A stretch of DNA of 33,233 nucleotides. It comes from Actinomycetota bacterium. GTDB taxonomy: Bacteria > Actinomycetota > CADDZG01 > JAHWKV01 > JAOPZY01. The stretch lies in the NCBI GenBank assembly GCA_025963875.1, contig JAOPZY010000237.1, positions 1-33,233 on the forward strand, written 5' to 3'. Under the pieces are notes generated by a model that was not told the DNA's origin, made no database searches, and worked only from the letters and a program-made list of their open reading frames with translations. This document shows positions 1 through 9,447 of the stretch, piece after piece. The translations under genes and the position numbers were made by a program. Positions within the stretch are counted from its first letter, which is position 1, and each line of letters starts with the position of its first letter.

Positions 1-131
1 ACGGGTCATATGGGGCCACGAAGGCCGCCGGGCTACCCGAAAACGTCGAACGGTCGCCCCCAAGGCTCCGCCGTCCGTGCTGACGGGGCTTGCCGAAAAA
101 GGCCACTTTCTGCGGCGTCACCTAGAGAGCC

Positions 132-1409
132 TCAGGACGGTCCCGGCGGCAGCGCGAGCAGCTCGCGGGCCTCGGCGACCGCGGGCAGGGTGCGCGCCCG
201 TTCGGGGATCGCTCCGAGCACCAGCACGGCCGTCCGGTGGATGACGGTGTTGTCACGACAGTGCTGGGGAAGGGCCTGGAGCGTGCGGACCGTGTACCGG
301 GCTCCTTCACTCGGGTCCCCGGCAGCGACGACGCACATCGCCCGGTGCAACTGCACCTGCGCCGGACCCCGGAACGCGGATGCGGGATAGAGCGCGAGGG
401 CGGCATCCTGGGCTGCCACCGCCTCGTCGAGGCGGCCGGCATGGGAGTGGACCCAGCTCTGGACGTGGCGCAGGCGCTGCTCGGACCATCCCCACTCGGA
501 CGTGCAATCTGCAACAGTTGAATCCGGCAGGCGGGCGAAGACCTCATCGAGGTCACCGAGCGCGCTCCGTGCCTCGTCGTGGCGGCCGAGCAGGGCAAGC
601 GCCTGCGCCCGTATGGCGTGGCCGCTGGCGACGCCCGCGTGAGAACCGCCCTTGCCCGCAGCTATTGCCTCCTCGGACAGCATGAGCGCCGGAAGCGCCG
701 ACGGCGGCTCGTAGAGGGCGTAGACGGCGCGCTTGGCGCGTACATGGGAGCGAAGGGTGGCATCGCCTGACTCGTCGGCGGCCCGCACCGCGGTGCGCCA
801 GTAGCGGCGGGCGCCCTCCGGGTCTCCGTTGTCGAACAGAGCGATGGCCATCAGGGCGCTGAGCTGCCCGCACACATGCGCCATCCGGGGGCGGAGGGCC
901 TCCGGGGCGCGCACCAGCCTCGCCTGTACCTCGGCGAGGTCCGCAATCAGCGCAGGGAGGACCTGCACATAGGGAAGGTAGCCGACCTCGCTGGCGTAGC
1001 GGGAGGCCGTGTACTCCCACTCCTCGATGTCGGCGGCGCTGGTCGGGGCCCCGAGGGCGCCGTCGAGGCCCCGCCGCAGGTGCTCCAGATGCCCGCCGAA
1101 CGGCGCGACCAGGGCCGCCCCTCCCAGGAGCTTGAGCAGCGCCCGGCGGTTCACCTCGTCCTCTTCATCGGCAGAATGCCAAGGTAGCACCCCGTGGCGA
1201 TCACTCAGCAGCTCCTCGAGTTCCTCGGCCGAGACCTGGAGGTGCTCGGCGAGCTTCCGGCGAACCCACGGCTGCGGCCCGTTGCCGATGCCGCCGCTCT
1301 CCCAGCGCCGCACCGTGGTGGGATGGACGCCCAGCCGCTCGGCCAGGGACTCCTGGGTGAAGCCGAGGGCCCGCCGCCGGGCGGCGAGGCGAGACCGTTT
1401 GAGTGCCAT
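132..1409 (-). CDS. XRE-family helix-turn-helix transcriptional regulator with large helical/TPR-like C-terminal region
   Basis: ATG at 1409 is preceded by a strong SD (AAAAGGAGGA). The N-terminus RRRALGFTQESLAERLGVHPTTVRRWESG is an XRE HTH, followed by VNRRALL and Ala-rich helical repeats typical of actinobacterial XRE regulators. The longer ORF-track start (2177) is a read-through extension. Confidence 0.88.
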   Translation of the reverse strand: MALKRSRLAARRRALGFTQESLAERLGVHPTTVRRWESGGIGNGPQPWVRRKLAEHLQVSAEELEELLSDRHGVLPWHSADEEDEVNRRALLKLLGGAALVAPFGGHLEHLRRGLDGALGAPTSAADIEEWEYTASRYASEVGYLPYVQVLPALIADLAEVQARLVRAPEALRPRMAHVCGQLSALMAIALFDNGDPEGARRYWRTAVRAADESGDATLRSHVRAKRAVYALYEPPSALPALMLSEEAIAAGKGGSHAGVASGHAIRAQALALLGRHDEARSALGDLDEVFARLPDSTVADCTSEWGWSEQRLRHVQSWVHSHAGRLDEAVAAQDAALALYPASAFRGPAQVQLHRAMCVVAAGDPSEGARYTVRTLQALPQHCRDNTVIHRTAVLVLGAIPERARTLPAVAEARELLALPPGPS

Positions 1410-1583
1410 TCCTCCTTTTACAGGTTGCAGGCGCCGGTTGGAACTACCGGCAGGCCATCCGCCCTCTCGGTGCCCAGCAATTGCCCGGACCGTGCTCTGT
1501 GCCCAGGTGACGGTTGCTGGTTGTCTGCAGGAGGGGAGACCGGGGGGCTCCCCTCCCGTTGCTTGGAGAAGGGGGGTAACCAA

Positions 1584-1928
1584 ATGACACCGCAGGGCGA
1601 GAGAGACGATCGATGGCCGACGATCCTCTGGATTGCCTGGACAGCGGGCGAGGTCGAGCATGAGGAACCCCTCTGCCTGGCCCACCGTGCCTACGTCTTC
1701 GAGAACTACCCCGCAAGTGCCCACGGCCTGAGGCGCCGAGGGGATTGGTGCAGCATGTGCAAAGCGGGTCGGATTTTGCCCGCTCAGCGGGAAGTATTCG
1801 ACCCCCCCGTACTTTTTGCCTGCTCGTCGAAGGTCAGGTGCTGCGGTCCTCGATCTCCCAGGCGTGGTCGAGGGCGTGCCAGGCGATGCGGCGGGCCGCG
1901 TAGCGGGGCGGCCAGCCTTTCTCCCTGA
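1584..1928 (+). CDS. small hypothetical protein, possible Zn-binding (CLAH...CSMC), divergent from the XRE gene
   Basis: ATG at 1584 follows a purine-rich SD (GGAGAAGGGGGG); the product has CxxH and CxxC motifs. The 3' part runs through a palindrome and overlaps the convergent gene by 95 bp, so the true end is doubtful. Confidence 0.4.
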   Translation: MTPQGERDDRWPTILWIAWTAGEVEHEEPLCLAHRAYVFENYPASAHGLRRRGDWCSMCKAGRILPAQREVFDPPVLFACSSKVRCCGPRSPRRGRGRARRCGGPRSGAASLSP

Positions 1929-2475
1929 GGGGCTCGCCGGTCGAGGCCGCCCCCAGCACGTCGAGCAGTGCCGCCCGGACCGCCGAGCCGGGGCCGGCCT
2001 CGTCGGGAGGCAGGTCGCGGCGCCGGATGCCCAGCTTGGCGGCGTAGGCCTCCTCGGCCCCGACCACGTGGTCGACGATCTTGTCGCGGTCACGCCCGCC
2101 GCCACGAGGGCCCTTGCGCAACGCGGCCGGTGCGGCCGCCACGATATCGTCGAGGTACGTCCAGCAGGCACCGACAAGATCGGCGAGCCGCTGCGCCTCC
2201 TTCGCCGTCAGGGGCGTGCGGTCGCCCTGGAGGATCGCGGACGGGGCACCGAAGTCCGTGGTGGCGTTCCCCTCCACCCGTTCCACGACCTCGAACTCTG
2301 CAGTCGGGAGCGCCAGGCCCGCCATTTCGGCAACCTCGGCGTACCGCTCGGCGGCGGCGGCCAGGGCATCCAGGGCTTGGCGCTCGGTCCTGCCGGCCCG
2401 GGTCCACCCGGGCCATTCCAAGGCCCCGGCGAACACCCGCTTGGCGCCAACCTCGACGTAGACGGGGACGGTCAC
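1834..2475 (-). CDS. conserved hypothetical protein with DinB/YfiT-like His motifs
   Basis: GTG start overlaps the GH65 stop (GTGA). Motifs VFAGALEWPGW, RKGPRGGGRDRDKIVDHV and RRIAWHALDHAWEIED. Confidence 0.78.
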   Translation of the reverse strand: MTVPVYVEVGAKRVFAGALEWPGWTRAGRTERQALDALAAAAERYAEVAEMAGLALPTAEFEVVERVEGNATTDFGAPSAILQGDRTPLTAKEAQRLADLVGACWTYLDDIVAAAPAALRKGPRGGGRDRDKIVDHVVGAEEAYAAKLGIRRRDLPPDEAGPGSAVRAALLDVLGAASTGEPLREKGWPPRYAARRIAWHALDHAWEIEDRST

Positions 2476-4829
2476 AGGCGAAGGACGCCCCGGCGGGTGG
2501 GGGCCCGGCCGGGCGGTTGCAGGGGACGTTCGCGCTTCGGCGCCGGCGGGATCGGCATGGTGACGGCCTCGATGCTCACCGTGACCTCTTCGCCGTAGTG
2601 GTTCACCTCCATGGGCAGGCCCTCGGTCAGCACGTAGGTCGCCTCGTGGTGCACGACCCCAACCCGCAGACGCCGGCCACGGTACGTGATGCGGAACACC
2701 AGGTTCTCCAGCGCGGCCGGGAGCCGGGGGGCGAAGCTCAGCTTGCCGTCGTGGTCGCGCATCCCGCCGAAGCCCCACACCGCCGCCAGCCAGACACCGG
2801 CGAGCGAGCCCATGTGCACCCCGTCGCGGACGTTGTGCTCGAGGTCGTGCAGGTCCATGAGCCCCGCCTCGCCCATGTAGTCGTAGGCGAGGTCGAGGTA
2901 GCCGACCTCCGCCGCGATCACCGCCTGCGTGCAGGCCGACAGGGAGGAGTCCCGCACGGTCAGCGGCTCGTAGTAGTCGAAGTTCCGGGCCTTCTCCTGG
3001 GAAGTGAAGTAGTCCCCCCGCAGCTCGAGGGCGAGCACGAGGTCTGCCTGCTTCACCACCTGCTTGCGGTTGAGGTCGAAGTACGGGTAGTGCAGCAGCA
3101 TTGGGTAGTGGTCGGGCGGCGTGTGCTCGAAGTCCCAGACCTGGTAGCGGGTGAAGCCCTCGGCCTGCGGGTGCACGTCGAGGGCCTCGTCGTACGGGAT
3201 GTGCATGGCGGCCGCTGCGTCGCGCCAGCTTGCCGCCTCCTCCGCCCCCGCTCCCAGCTTCGCCGCCTGGATGGAATGGCGCTCCACCGCGTCGGCCGCC
3301 GCCAGCATGTTCCGCTGCGCCATCAGGTTGGTGTAGACGTTGTTGTCCTTCAGGGCGCTGTACTCGTCGGGGCCGGTGACCCCGTCGATGCGGAACTTGC
3401 CCTCGAGGTCGTGGTGGCCCAGGACCCGCCAGAGCCGGGCAGTCTCGATGAGGATCTCGAGGCCCGCATCGTGCTCGAAGGACTCGTCGTCGGTCGCGAA
3501 CCGGTAGCGCACGCAGGCATCGGCGATGTCGGCGTTGATGTGGAAGGCGGCGGTGCCGGCCGGCCAGTAGCCCGAGCACTCCTCGCCGCGGATGGTCCGC
3601 CACGGGAAGGTGGCCCCACCGAGGCCGAGCAACCGGGCACGGTCCCGGGCGAGCGGGAGGATCGACTGGCGCCAGGTGAGCGCATCCCGGACCGCGGCGG
3701 GAGTGGTGTAGGTGAGGGCCCGGAGCACGAAGGTCTCGGCGTCCCAGAAGGTGTGGCCGTCGTAGCCCGGCCCGGTGAGTCCCTTGGCGGGGATCGCCCG
3801 GCCCTCGGCGCGGGCCGCCGACTGCAGGACGTGGAACATCGCGAAGCGGATGGCCTGCTGGAGCTCGCCGTCGCCCTCCAGCTCCACGTCGGCCCGCCCC
3901 CAGAAGTCATCGAGGTAGGCCTTCTGGTCCTTGCAGATCGCCTCCCATCCGTGCCAGCGCGCAGAGGCGAGCGCCCCGTCCACCTGGTCGCGGAGGGCCT
4001 GGGCAGACCGCTCGCTCGACCAGCCGTACGCCAGCATCTTGTGGAGGGTCAGCTTCTTCCCCGGCTCGAGACGTGTGGCGACGGTGAGCCGGCCCAGGTC
4101 CTCGGCGGCTTCGGCGTGGACCTGGGTCTTCTCCGGCCCATCGACGATATGGTCCATCCCCGCCGCCATGCGCAGCATGCTCGCCTTCGTCGAGTGGACG
4201 AGCACGATGCGGCCGTCGGACTGGTCGTGGAGCTCAGCGGCGAGCGGGGCCGTCAGCATGGCCGCTGCCCTCGGGTCGAGCACGCTCGGGGGCAGAGGTT
4301 CGTTGGCCACGAGCTCCGACTGCAGGACGATGTCAGCCGTGCAGTCCACCGGCTCCACCTCGTAGTGGATGGCCACGAGGGCCCGCTGCACGAAGGAGAC
4401 GAGCCGCTGGGAACGCACGCGGACGGCACAACCGGTGGGCGACTCCCACTCCACCTCGCGCGTGAGGATGCCGGTCCGGAAATCGAGGGTGCGGCGGTGG
4501 AAGCGGAGCGCGCCGTAGCGGACGTCGAACGGCTCGTCGTCCACGAGCAGCCGGATGATCTTGCCGTTGGTGACGTTCACCACCGTCTGTCCCGCCTCGG
4601 GGTAGCCGTAGCCCGCCTCGGCGTAGGGCAGCGGCCGTACCTCGTAGAAGGAGTTGAGATACGAGCCCGGAACCACGTTCGGCTCGCCCTCGTCGAGGTT
4701 CGCCCGGAGGCCGATGTGCCCGTTGGAGAGGGCGAACAGGGACTCGGTCTGCGCCATGACGTCGCGGTCGAGGTACGTCTCGGAGAGGCGCCAGGGGTGG
4801 ATGGGGAATGCCGGATGGTCGATCATCAT
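2472..4829 (-). CDS. GH65 glycoside hydrolase/phosphorylase (trehalose/kojibiose/maltose phosphorylase-like)
   Basis: Motifs ESLFALSNGHIGLR, AKGLTGPGYDGHTFWDAE, FPWRTI, GVTGPDEY, KQADLVL and DSSLS. ATGA overlap with the upstream HAD gene. Confidence 0.95.
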   Translation of the reverse strand: MMIDHPAFPIHPWRLSETYLDRDVMAQTESLFALSNGHIGLRANLDEGEPNVVPGSYLNSFYEVRPLPYAEAGYGYPEAGQTVVNVTNGKIIRLLVDDEPFDVRYGALRFHRRTLDFRTGILTREVEWESPTGCAVRVRSQRLVSFVQRALVAIHYEVEPVDCTADIVLQSELVANEPLPPSVLDPRAAAMLTAPLAAELHDQSDGRIVLVHSTKASMLRMAAGMDHIVDGPEKTQVHAEAAEDLGRLTVATRLEPGKKLTLHKMLAYGWSSERSAQALRDQVDGALASARWHGWEAICKDQKAYLDDFWGRADVELEGDGELQQAIRFAMFHVLQSAARAEGRAIPAKGLTGPGYDGHTFWDAETFVLRALTYTTPAAVRDALTWRQSILPLARDRARLLGLGGATFPWRTIRGEECSGYWPAGTAAFHINADIADACVRYRFATDDESFEHDAGLEILIETARLWRVLGHHDLEGKFRIDGVTGPDEYSALKDNNVYTNLMAQRNMLAAADAVERHSIQAAKLGAGAEEAASWRDAAAAMHIPYDEALDVHPQAEGFTRYQVWDFEHTPPDHYPMLLHYPYFDLNRKQVVKQADLVLALELRGDYFTSQEKARNFDYYEPLTVRDSSLSACTQAVIAAEVGYLDLAYDYMGEAGLMDLHDLEHNVRDGVHMGSLAGVWLAAVWGFGGMRDHDGKLSFAPRLPAALENLVFRITYRGRRLRVGVVHHEATYVLTEGLPMEVNHYGEEVTVSIEAVTMPIPPAPKRERPLQPPGRAPTRRGVLRL

Positions 4830-5566
4830 CCCTCCAGGAGCTCCGCCAGGTCCGAGACCACGATGTCGGCACCGTGCGCCTTCAGCGCATCCGCCTGACC
4901 GACCCGGTCCACGCCCACGACGTAGCCGAAGCCTCCCGCCCGGCCCGCCTCGACGCCGGCGAGGGCGTCCTCGAACACGGCTGCGTCCCGTGGCTCGGCG
5001 CCGAGGTCCTTCGCCGCCTCGAGGAACGTGTCGGGGGCGGGCTTGCCCCGGAGGTGGCGCTGCTCGGCGACGTAGCCGTCGATGATGGTGTCGAACAGGC
5101 CGTCGAGCCCTGCGGCGGCCAGCACGTCGCGGCAGTTGGCGCTCGAGGAGACCACCGCCCGCTTCAGCCCGGCCTCGATCACGGCATGGACGTAGCGCAC
5201 CGAGCCCTCGTACGGCTGGACCCCGTTGTCGTGGATCAACCCCAGGACCAGCTGGTTCTTGCGGTTGCCGAGACCGCCGATGGTCTCCGCGCCCGGTGCG
5301 TCGTCGTGGCTGCCCTCGGGCAGGTGGATGCCGCGCGACTCGAGGAAGGACCGCACGCCGTCGAAGCGCGGCTTGCCGTCGACGTACCGGTCGTAGTCGG
5401 CCGGCTCGAAGGCCTGGAATGCCTCGCCGGTGCTGGCGGCCCGGTCGTGCAGGTAGGCGTCGAACATCTCCTTCCAGGCTGCCTCGTGGACCTTGGCCGT
5501 CTGGGTGAGCACGCCGTCGAGGTCGAAGAGGCAGGCGACGATGTTGTCCGGAAGTCCCAGTCTCAT
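4826..5566 (-). CDS. pgmB: beta-phosphoglucomutase family HAD hydrolase
   Basis: HAD motif I LFDLDGVLT, then VVSSSAN, GKPAPD and FEDALAGVEAG. Coupled to the GH65 gene. Alternative start at 5575. Confidence 0.9.
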   Translation of the reverse strand: MRLGLPDNIVACLFDLDGVLTQTAKVHEAAWKEMFDAYLHDRAASTGEAFQAFEPADYDRYVDGKPRFDGVRSFLESRGIHLPEGSHDDAPGAETIGGLGNRKNQLVLGLIHDNGVQPYEGSVRYVHAVIEAGLKRAVVSSSANCRDVLAAAGLDGLFDTIIDGYVAEQRHLRGKPAPDTFLEAAKDLGAEPRDAAVFEDALAGVEAGRAGGFGYVVGVDRVGQADALKAHGADIVVSDLAELLEG

Positions 5567-5577
5567 GGCTCCCATCC

Positions 5578-7035
5578 TTACCCAGCTGTAGCGGTGAGAC
5601 CCGGATTGCCCCCGCCAGCGGCCGCCGCGGTGGCGATGTCCCGGGGGTAGGTCTTGAGCCCCCTGAACAGGTAGATGCTGCCGGCGGCGAGGGGAGCCAG
5701 CATGAGCAGGAACGTCCACTGCAGACCCGCGGCGTCCGACACCAGGCCGAACAGCAGCGGGGCGAGGGCCTGCGCCCCGGTGCGCAGGACGGTCCGTATG
5801 CCTTCGGCCCTGCCCCACAGCGGCCCGGGGATGATGTCGAGGCGTGCGGCGTCCATCGGCGCCCGCTGCGCCGACAGGGCGAGGGCGGCGACCGCCACGT
5901 AGGGCACCGCCGTGACGAGGCTGTGTGTGAGGAGCGCCGGGATGAACAGCAGCGTGGCCGCCGCCGCGGCAACGGCGCTGACGAGGATCCGCCCGTTGAG
6001 GCGGCCGCGGTGCAGGAGAGCGTCGCCGAGGCCGCCCCCGGCCAGGATCCCGATGACCGCCCCGGCGCCGATGACCAGCATCAGGAGATTGGCGAGGACC
6101 GCGTCCACCCGGTACTGCACGCGGACGAACTCGACGCCGAACGTCTGCACCCCGGCAAGGAAGTAGTAGCCGGCGGCGCTGGCGACGATGAGGATGACGT
6201 TGGTGCGGACCTTCAAGACGTAGCGGGTGGCGTCGATGAGGCCCATCCGGGCGGGGTCGGCGGCGACCATGTCGTGGTCGGGCACGATGCCCTGCTCCCG
6301 GGCAAGGCGCTGGGCGTCGGTCTCCTCCGGGGGGATCTCCGGGCCGCCCAGGGACCCGCGGCGCCGGCCGGTGCGGACGGGCTCGGGCAGGTGGAACACG
6401 AACCAGGCCAGGAAGAACGCGGGGATGGCGAGGATGAGGAAGGCGGCCCGCCACGACAGGGCCGCGATGTCACCCGTCACGGCGAAGCCGATGCCCGCGC
6501 CGACCAACTCGCCCGAGAGGATGTAGCCGTAGATCTTGCCGCGCTCGTCTGCAGAGAACAGGTCGCCCACCATCGACGCCACGATGGGACCCGCGGCCGC
6601 CGTGACCACGCCCAGGAACGCCCGGGCGAACAGCAGCCTCCCGAACGAGCTCACGGTTGCGCTCCACACCATGGCCGCTCCCCACAGGAAGATCGTCAGG
6701 CCGAGGGTCCGGGTCCTCGGCCCCCGGTCGGCCAGGACGCCGAAGGGGATGCTGGCGACCGCCGCCACGATCGAGGTGACGGCGATGAGCAGGCCGATGT
6801 CGAAGTTCTTGATGTGCAGCGCCTGGCGCAGCTCGATGGCGGAGGCTCCCACCGTGGCGGCGTCGGCGCTGGCCAGGGCGAGCACGGCGGCGAGGAGGAA
6901 GATCACCCGGGTCCGGTCCGGGCCCCCGAGGTAGACCTCGAGGTGACGGCGGCCGCCTCGGGCTGCCTTGCCGAGCGTGCGGCACAGCGCGGACGCCAGG
7001 CGGCGGGTCGTCTCACCGAGGCTCCGCTCCCCCAT
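5578..7035 (-). CDS. MFS transporter
   Basis: About 12 hydrophobic segments; motif-A-like GVLADRGPRTR and GDLFSADERGK. Starts 2 nt after the upstream MFS stop. Confidence 0.88.
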   Translation of the reverse strand: MGERSLGETTRRLASALCRTLGKAARGGRRHLEVYLGGPDRTRVIFLLAAVLALASADAATVGASAIELRQALHIKNFDIGLLIAVTSIVAAVASIPFGVLADRGPRTRTLGLTIFLWGAAMVWSATVSSFGRLLFARAFLGVVTAAAGPIVASMVGDLFSADERGKIYGYILSGELVGAGIGFAVTGDIAALSWRAAFLILAIPAFFLAWFVFHLPEPVRTGRRRGSLGGPEIPPEETDAQRLAREQGIVPDHDMVAADPARMGLIDATRYVLKVRTNVILIVASAAGYYFLAGVQTFGVEFVRVQYRVDAVLANLLMLVIGAGAVIGILAGGGLGDALLHRGRLNGRILVSAVAAAAATLLFIPALLTHSLVTAVPYVAVAALALSAQRAPMDAARLDIIPGPLWGRAEGIRTVLRTGAQALAPLLFGLVSDAAGLQWTFLLMLAPLAAGSIYLFRGLKTYPRDIATAAAAGGGNPGLTATAG

Positions 7036-7037
7036 CT

Positions 7038-8282
7038 TCACGAGGATAGGCGCTCCGGTGGGGCCTCGTAGTTCGTGAAGCCGGGCAGCAGCCGGCCCAG
7101 GAGGAGCGCGCCCGCCACGCAGGCGACACCGCCGGAGACCACCGACGCCCGCACCCCGGCGAGGGCGGCGATAAGCCCCGCCTCCGCGTCGCCCAGGCGG
7201 GGGCCCCCGGTCACGACGGCGATCTGGATGGAGAAGAGGCGCCCCCCCAGCCGGTCCGGGGTCTCCAACTGCAGGATGGTCCCCCGGAACACCGCCGAGA
7301 CGATGTCGGCCGCACCCGCCAGCGCCAGCAGGACGAGGGCGGCGGGCAGCCACGAGACCAGGCCGAACGCCGCGATCGCCAGGCCCCAGAGCGCCACCGC
7401 GATGAGGACCGCGCGGCCCTGGCGGCGGACCCGTGCCGCCCAGCCGGTGAAGAGCGCGCCGAGGAGGGCGCCGGCCCCCGGCGCTGCGTACAGGAAGCCG
7501 ACCGCGGTCGCTCCGCCGTGGAACACGCCGATCCCCATGGCAGGGAACAGCGCCCGGGGCATGCCGAAGATCATGGCGTCGAGGTCGACGACGAAGGTCC
7601 CCTGGACGGCCTGGCGGCCCTTGAGGTACCGGAGGCCCTCGACCATCGACTGCAGTCCCGCCCGGGTCCCACCGCCGGCGGGCCGGAGCGACGGGAGGCC
7701 GAAGACCGACGTCATCGCCACGGCGAAGCTCGCCACGTCGCTCCAGTAGACGGCGACCGCGCCGAAGCGGGCGAGGATGAGCCCGGCCACCGCCGGGCCG
7801 GCGACCAGGGACACGGTCTGCAGGAGCTGGCGCAGCGCATTCGCCGAGACGAGGGCGTCCGGATCGACCAGGGACACCATGGCCGCCGTCCGCGTCGACG
7901 AGTCCATGCCGGAGAACCCGGCCGAGATGGCCGGGAGCACGAACAGGGGCCACAGCGCCGGCCGACCTCCCAACGCGTTCAGGGCCAGGCCGGTGCTGCA
8001 GGCGGCGAGGGAGAGCTGGGAGCCCAGGAGAATCCTGCGCCGGTCGAAGGCATCGGCGACCGAGCCGCCCAGCAGCGATCCGACGAGAAGGGGCCCGAGC
8101 TGCACCAGGCTCACCATGCCGACGGCAAACGAGGACCCGGTCAACCGGAACACCTGGTAGGGCACGGCCACCGAGGTGAGCATGGAGCCCAGCCCCGACA
8201 CGAGCTGCCCGAGCCACAGCCGCCGGAAGGACGGAAAGCGGCGCAGCGGACTCAGGTCGACAAAGATCCGACGGTCCGCCAT
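7038..8282 (-). CDS. MFS transporter (EntS/MFS_3-like exporter)
   Basis: Motifs DLSPLRRFPSFRRLWLGQ, GSVADAFDRRR, DLDAMIFGMPRALFP and GGPRLGD are characteristic of EntS-like MFS proteins. Confidence 0.92.
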   Translation of the reverse strand: MADRRIFVDLSPLRRFPSFRRLWLGQLVSGLGSMLTSVAVPYQVFRLTGSSFAVGMVSLVQLGPLLVGSLLGGSVADAFDRRRILLGSQLSLAACSTGLALNALGGRPALWPLFVLPAISAGFSGMDSSTRTAAMVSLVDPDALVSANALRQLLQTVSLVAGPAVAGLILARFGAVAVYWSDVASFAVAMTSVFGLPSLRPAGGGTRAGLQSMVEGLRYLKGRQAVQGTFVVDLDAMIFGMPRALFPAMGIGVFHGGATAVGFLYAAPGAGALLGALFTGWAARVRRQGRAVLIAVALWGLAIAAFGLVSWLPAALVLLALAGAADIVSAVFRGTILQLETPDRLGGRLFSIQIAVVTGGPRLGDAEAGLIAALAGVRASVVSGGVACVAGALLLGRLLPGFTNYEAPPERLSS

Positions 8283-8304
8283 GCAGCCTCGTGCGCTGGC
8301 TTCT

Positions 8305-9339
8305 CTACAGGGCTGCCAGCGCCACGGGCTCCCGGCGCCGCGCCAGGACCGCCATCACCACCCAGCCGATGCCGAGGAGCATCCAGAAACTGAGGAGGCG
8401 GTAGACGAGCACCGCGGTCAGGGCGATCCCTGCCTGCATGCCGGCCGCCACCAGGCCTGCCGCCATGGCTGCTTCCACGGCACCGAGGCCCCCGGGGGCC
8501 GGCCAGATGCTGCCGGCGACGATGCCGGCGCCGTAGGCGAGCAACAGGCCGTGCCAGGGGACCGGGGAGCCGGTGGCCCGGATGACGAGGACCAGGCAGG
8601 CGACGTCGAGGAGCCAGTTGCAGAGCGAGAAGACGAATACCTGGGCGTAGGTTTTGACAATGACCCGGAGGCTTCCCGCGCGCTCGACGACCGTGTCGAG
8701 GGCCGCAGCGGGATCGGGCCAGCGGTCGAAGAGCCTTTGCAGGCGGCGGCCGGACCGCAGGCGAACCCACGCTGCGAGTCGGCTGGCCCGCCCGGTGAGG
8801 AGACGGCGGACTGCCGGGAAGCGAAGCGCCAGCAGCAGGGCGAGCGGCGGTGCCAGGAAGACCAGCGAAGCGACCAGGCCCCCGGCGGCGGCGACCAGGC
8901 TGCCCGAAGCAGCGGCTCCGGCGAAGAGCACCAGCGACAGGGCGACGGTCGCCGACATCCACAGGATGACGAGCGCCCATGCCGCCAGGCCCACGTCGAT
9001 CCCCCGGTTAGCGTACTGACGGAGGGAGTAGGAGGCGGAGAACGGCAGCGGTGCGACGGGCACCGAGAAGGCGATGGCGGTGCTGGCGAAGCCGATGGCC
9101 ACCACCGAGTGGAGGCCGATCCGGCCCCCCGCAGCCTTGAGCAGGCGGCGATGGCCTTCGGCTGCCGCCACGAGGGAGAGGACCTCGACGGCGGCGGCGA
9201 TGAGCACCCATCCCCAACGGAGGTGCCGGGCGGCATCGACGGAGGCGACGAACGCTTTCCGGTCCAACAGGGAGAGGAAAACGAAGCAGACGACCAAACC
9301 GGCGAGGACGAGCCAGATCGCCTTACCGCGGGTCTTCAC
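8305..9339 (-). CDS. lysylphosphatidylglycerol-synthase TM / YbhN-like flippase-domain membrane protein
   Basis: Multi-TM protein with PAPGGLGAVEAAM and AVLVYRLLSFW. GTG at 9339 chosen because the upstream extension crosses a palindromic intergenic tract. Confidence 0.85.
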   Translation of the reverse strand: MKTRGKAIWLVLAGLVVCFVFLSLLDRKAFVASVDAARHLRWGWVLIAAAVEVLSLVAAAEGHRRLLKAAGGRIGLHSVVAIGFASTAIAFSVPVAPLPFSASYSLRQYANRGIDVGLAAWALVILWMSATVALSLVLFAGAAASGSLVAAAGGLVASLVFLAPPLALLLALRFPAVRRLLTGRASRLAAWVRLRSGRRLQRLFDRWPDPAAALDTVVERAGSLRVIVKTYAQVFVFSLCNWLLDVACLVLVIRATGSPVPWHGLLLAYGAGIVAGSIWPAPGGLGAVEAAMAAGLVAAGMQAGIALTAVLVYRLLSFWMLLGIGWVVMAVLARRREPVALAAL

Positions 9340-9447
9340 CCTTCGAGGATAGCGGCGGGACGAAACGAGCTCTGACCCTGAAGTTCGGAAAAAAAGCGTG
9401 GATACACGCGAAAAGTTCCGCACTTCCCGCCATCTTGCGGGTTTGCG

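Noticed and set aside
1968..4898. Long antisense and alternative-frame ORFs (e.g. 1968-4898 +, 14134-15864 -, 15864-18200 -, 25881-28043 +, 28719-30491 -)
   Set aside because: Shadow ORFs expected in high-GC DNA. They overlap well-supported genes and have Arg/Pro/Gly-rich, motif-less translations.
4830..5972. N-terminal extensions in the ORF track (1166-aa GH65, 879-aa MFS, 704-aa ArsA, 782-aa ThDP, 681-aa XRE) suggesting fusions
   Set aside because: The extensions are off-frame readings of upstream genes. True starts are marked by SD sequences or stop/start overlaps.
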